Below, one piece after another: positions 62,868 through 64,000 of a DNA stretch of 64,000 nucleotides. The DNA comes from Scyliorhinus canicula (taxonomy: Eukaryota). The position numbers and the translations under genes were made by a program. The notes below the pieces were generated by a model that did no database searches, had not been told where the DNA came from, and was given only the letters and a program-made list of their open reading frames with translations. The first letter of the stretch is position 1, and each line of letters begins with the position of its first letter. The stretch spans positions 1,458,420 to 1,522,419 of the forward strand of contig NW_024055497.1 of assembly GCF_902713615.1 (NCBI RefSeq). Reading direction: 5' to 3'.

Positions 62868-63452
62868 GATTTTTGTACGGACTGAATGCATCTCAGCGCA
62901 CAGAGAAACACGGCAGAGTCAGGGACAGAAGCTCAACTAATATGTAGAGCAACTGTTTCCTTGTCCTGGTCGGAATTCTGGAGAACTGACCCCCTGCCCC
63001 TTGCCATACCTTCTCAGTAAATATCCCGGAGCTTCTGCAGAATAGCGAATGTATCAAAGAGGTAGGGATAGCTATCCGATGTATAGTAATTGCAGTTTTG
63101 TGTTACGGTCTGTCCTTCCTGAATCATCTATGGGACATTGAATCCTTTCCACAAATTCTGAAACAAAGCATAGTGGGCTAAATCGCTGGCTTTTAAAGCA
63201 GACCAAGGCAGGCCAGCAGCACGGTTCAATCCCCATACTAGACTCGTCGAACAGGCGCCGGAATGTGGCGACTAGGGGCTTTGCACAGTAACTTCATTTG
63301 AAGCCTACTTGTGACAATAAGCGATTTTCATTTTCATTTCACCTGTGCCAGACGTCAGAGTAAATGCAAATAATGGAATATGGAAACGACTCAGCAATCC
63401 ACTCACCGGGCAGCACGACCATCGTTACCGGGAAATGGCATAGGAGAAATAT
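62868..63452 (-). pseudogene. TRAV: TCR alpha-like V pseudogene (ATA start, frameshifts, stop, collapsed RSS)
   Basis: Leader 63452-63407 (ATA)FLLCHFPVTMVVLP|gtgagt; SINE in the intron; acceptor gtttcag| at 63158. MIQEGQTVTQNCNYYTSDSYPYLF, frameshift, YIRYSAEAPGYLLRRY, then ...DKETVALHIS*ASVPDSAVFLCALR. Nonamer ACAAAAATC at 62876-62868 lies only ~12 nt from the coding end. Confidence 0.82.
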
Positions 63453-64000
63453 GGTTGATGGCTTAGATTTCAGCTAACCAATCAGAATGTTTTAAATACT
63501 CCGAATGTTATAGACTGACATTGAAGAGTGAACACGGAACGGGGAATGCTTCGTTTATTGTGAATCTGAGGGACAGCTGCCAAGGAAGAGGATTGGCCGC
63601 TCTCTCCGAAATGGGACGAACGACGAACCAATCAGTGATGCAGGTGCCCGATTACTGCATGAACACTCAAAGCTCTTTCCGTACTAATCCGTTTATGGCT
63701 GTCGCTCTGTCGATGCACTTACACACACACCAGACGCACACGCAAACGCATTCATACAAACACTCAAGCAGAGGATCACACTTACAGTTAAACATATGTA
63801 ACCGTTACCCAGTGTGGCTAAACCTATTTCGGTATCTTTCTCTTTCTTGACCTTCTGCTTAAAGTTTTGCTTTCAATCGTTCTCTCTCTCTCATTGTCCC
63901 CCTGTGCACTCCTTCCATGTGCTTGTCTCTCTCTCTCCTTGCACCATCCATTTTTTGTCAGTATCACTTTCTACCTTGCTCACTCTTCTCTCATCCCATC

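Noticed and set aside
63364-63371. Perfect octamer ATGCAAAT
   Set aside because: Lies in the intron of a pseudogene rather than a promoter; another at 32424-32431 is not near any V; consistent with chance.

Overview
Elasmobranch (shark-type) genomic DNA containing an antigen-receptor region; the taxon is inferred from the IgM/TCR sequences and the SINE/CR1 repertoire. Left part, minus strand: an apparently intact, unrearranged shark-type IgM heavy-chain cluster. It runs Leader (15507-15552), VH (15084-15388, 23-RSS), D1 (12/22-RSS), D2 (12/12-RSS), JH (23-RSS), a 12.5-kb repeat-rich intron, Cmu1 (997-1296) and Cmu2 (481-792); the remaining C exons would lie left of the window. Middle (16-56 kb): retroelement-rich spacer with a near-complete CR1 LINE, a Rex1-like LINE, many tRNA-SINEs, a 4-5 kb tandem segmental duplication, a MITE and a 287-N assembly gap. 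Right part (56.5-63.5 kb): a T-cell-receptor alpha/delta-type V array in mixed orientations, with one intact V-alpha-like gene, three V pseudogenes and one orphan leader. The main observation is a complete IgM cluster about 41 kb from TCR alpha/delta V segments with 12/23-compatible RSSs; the linkage crosses the N gap and needs confirming. The JH-Cmu intron also holds switch-region-like arrays (AGCT-dense, and G-rich on the sense strand). All coordinates were read by hand. Exon and RSS boundaries are exact to my reading; repeat boundaries are approximate.
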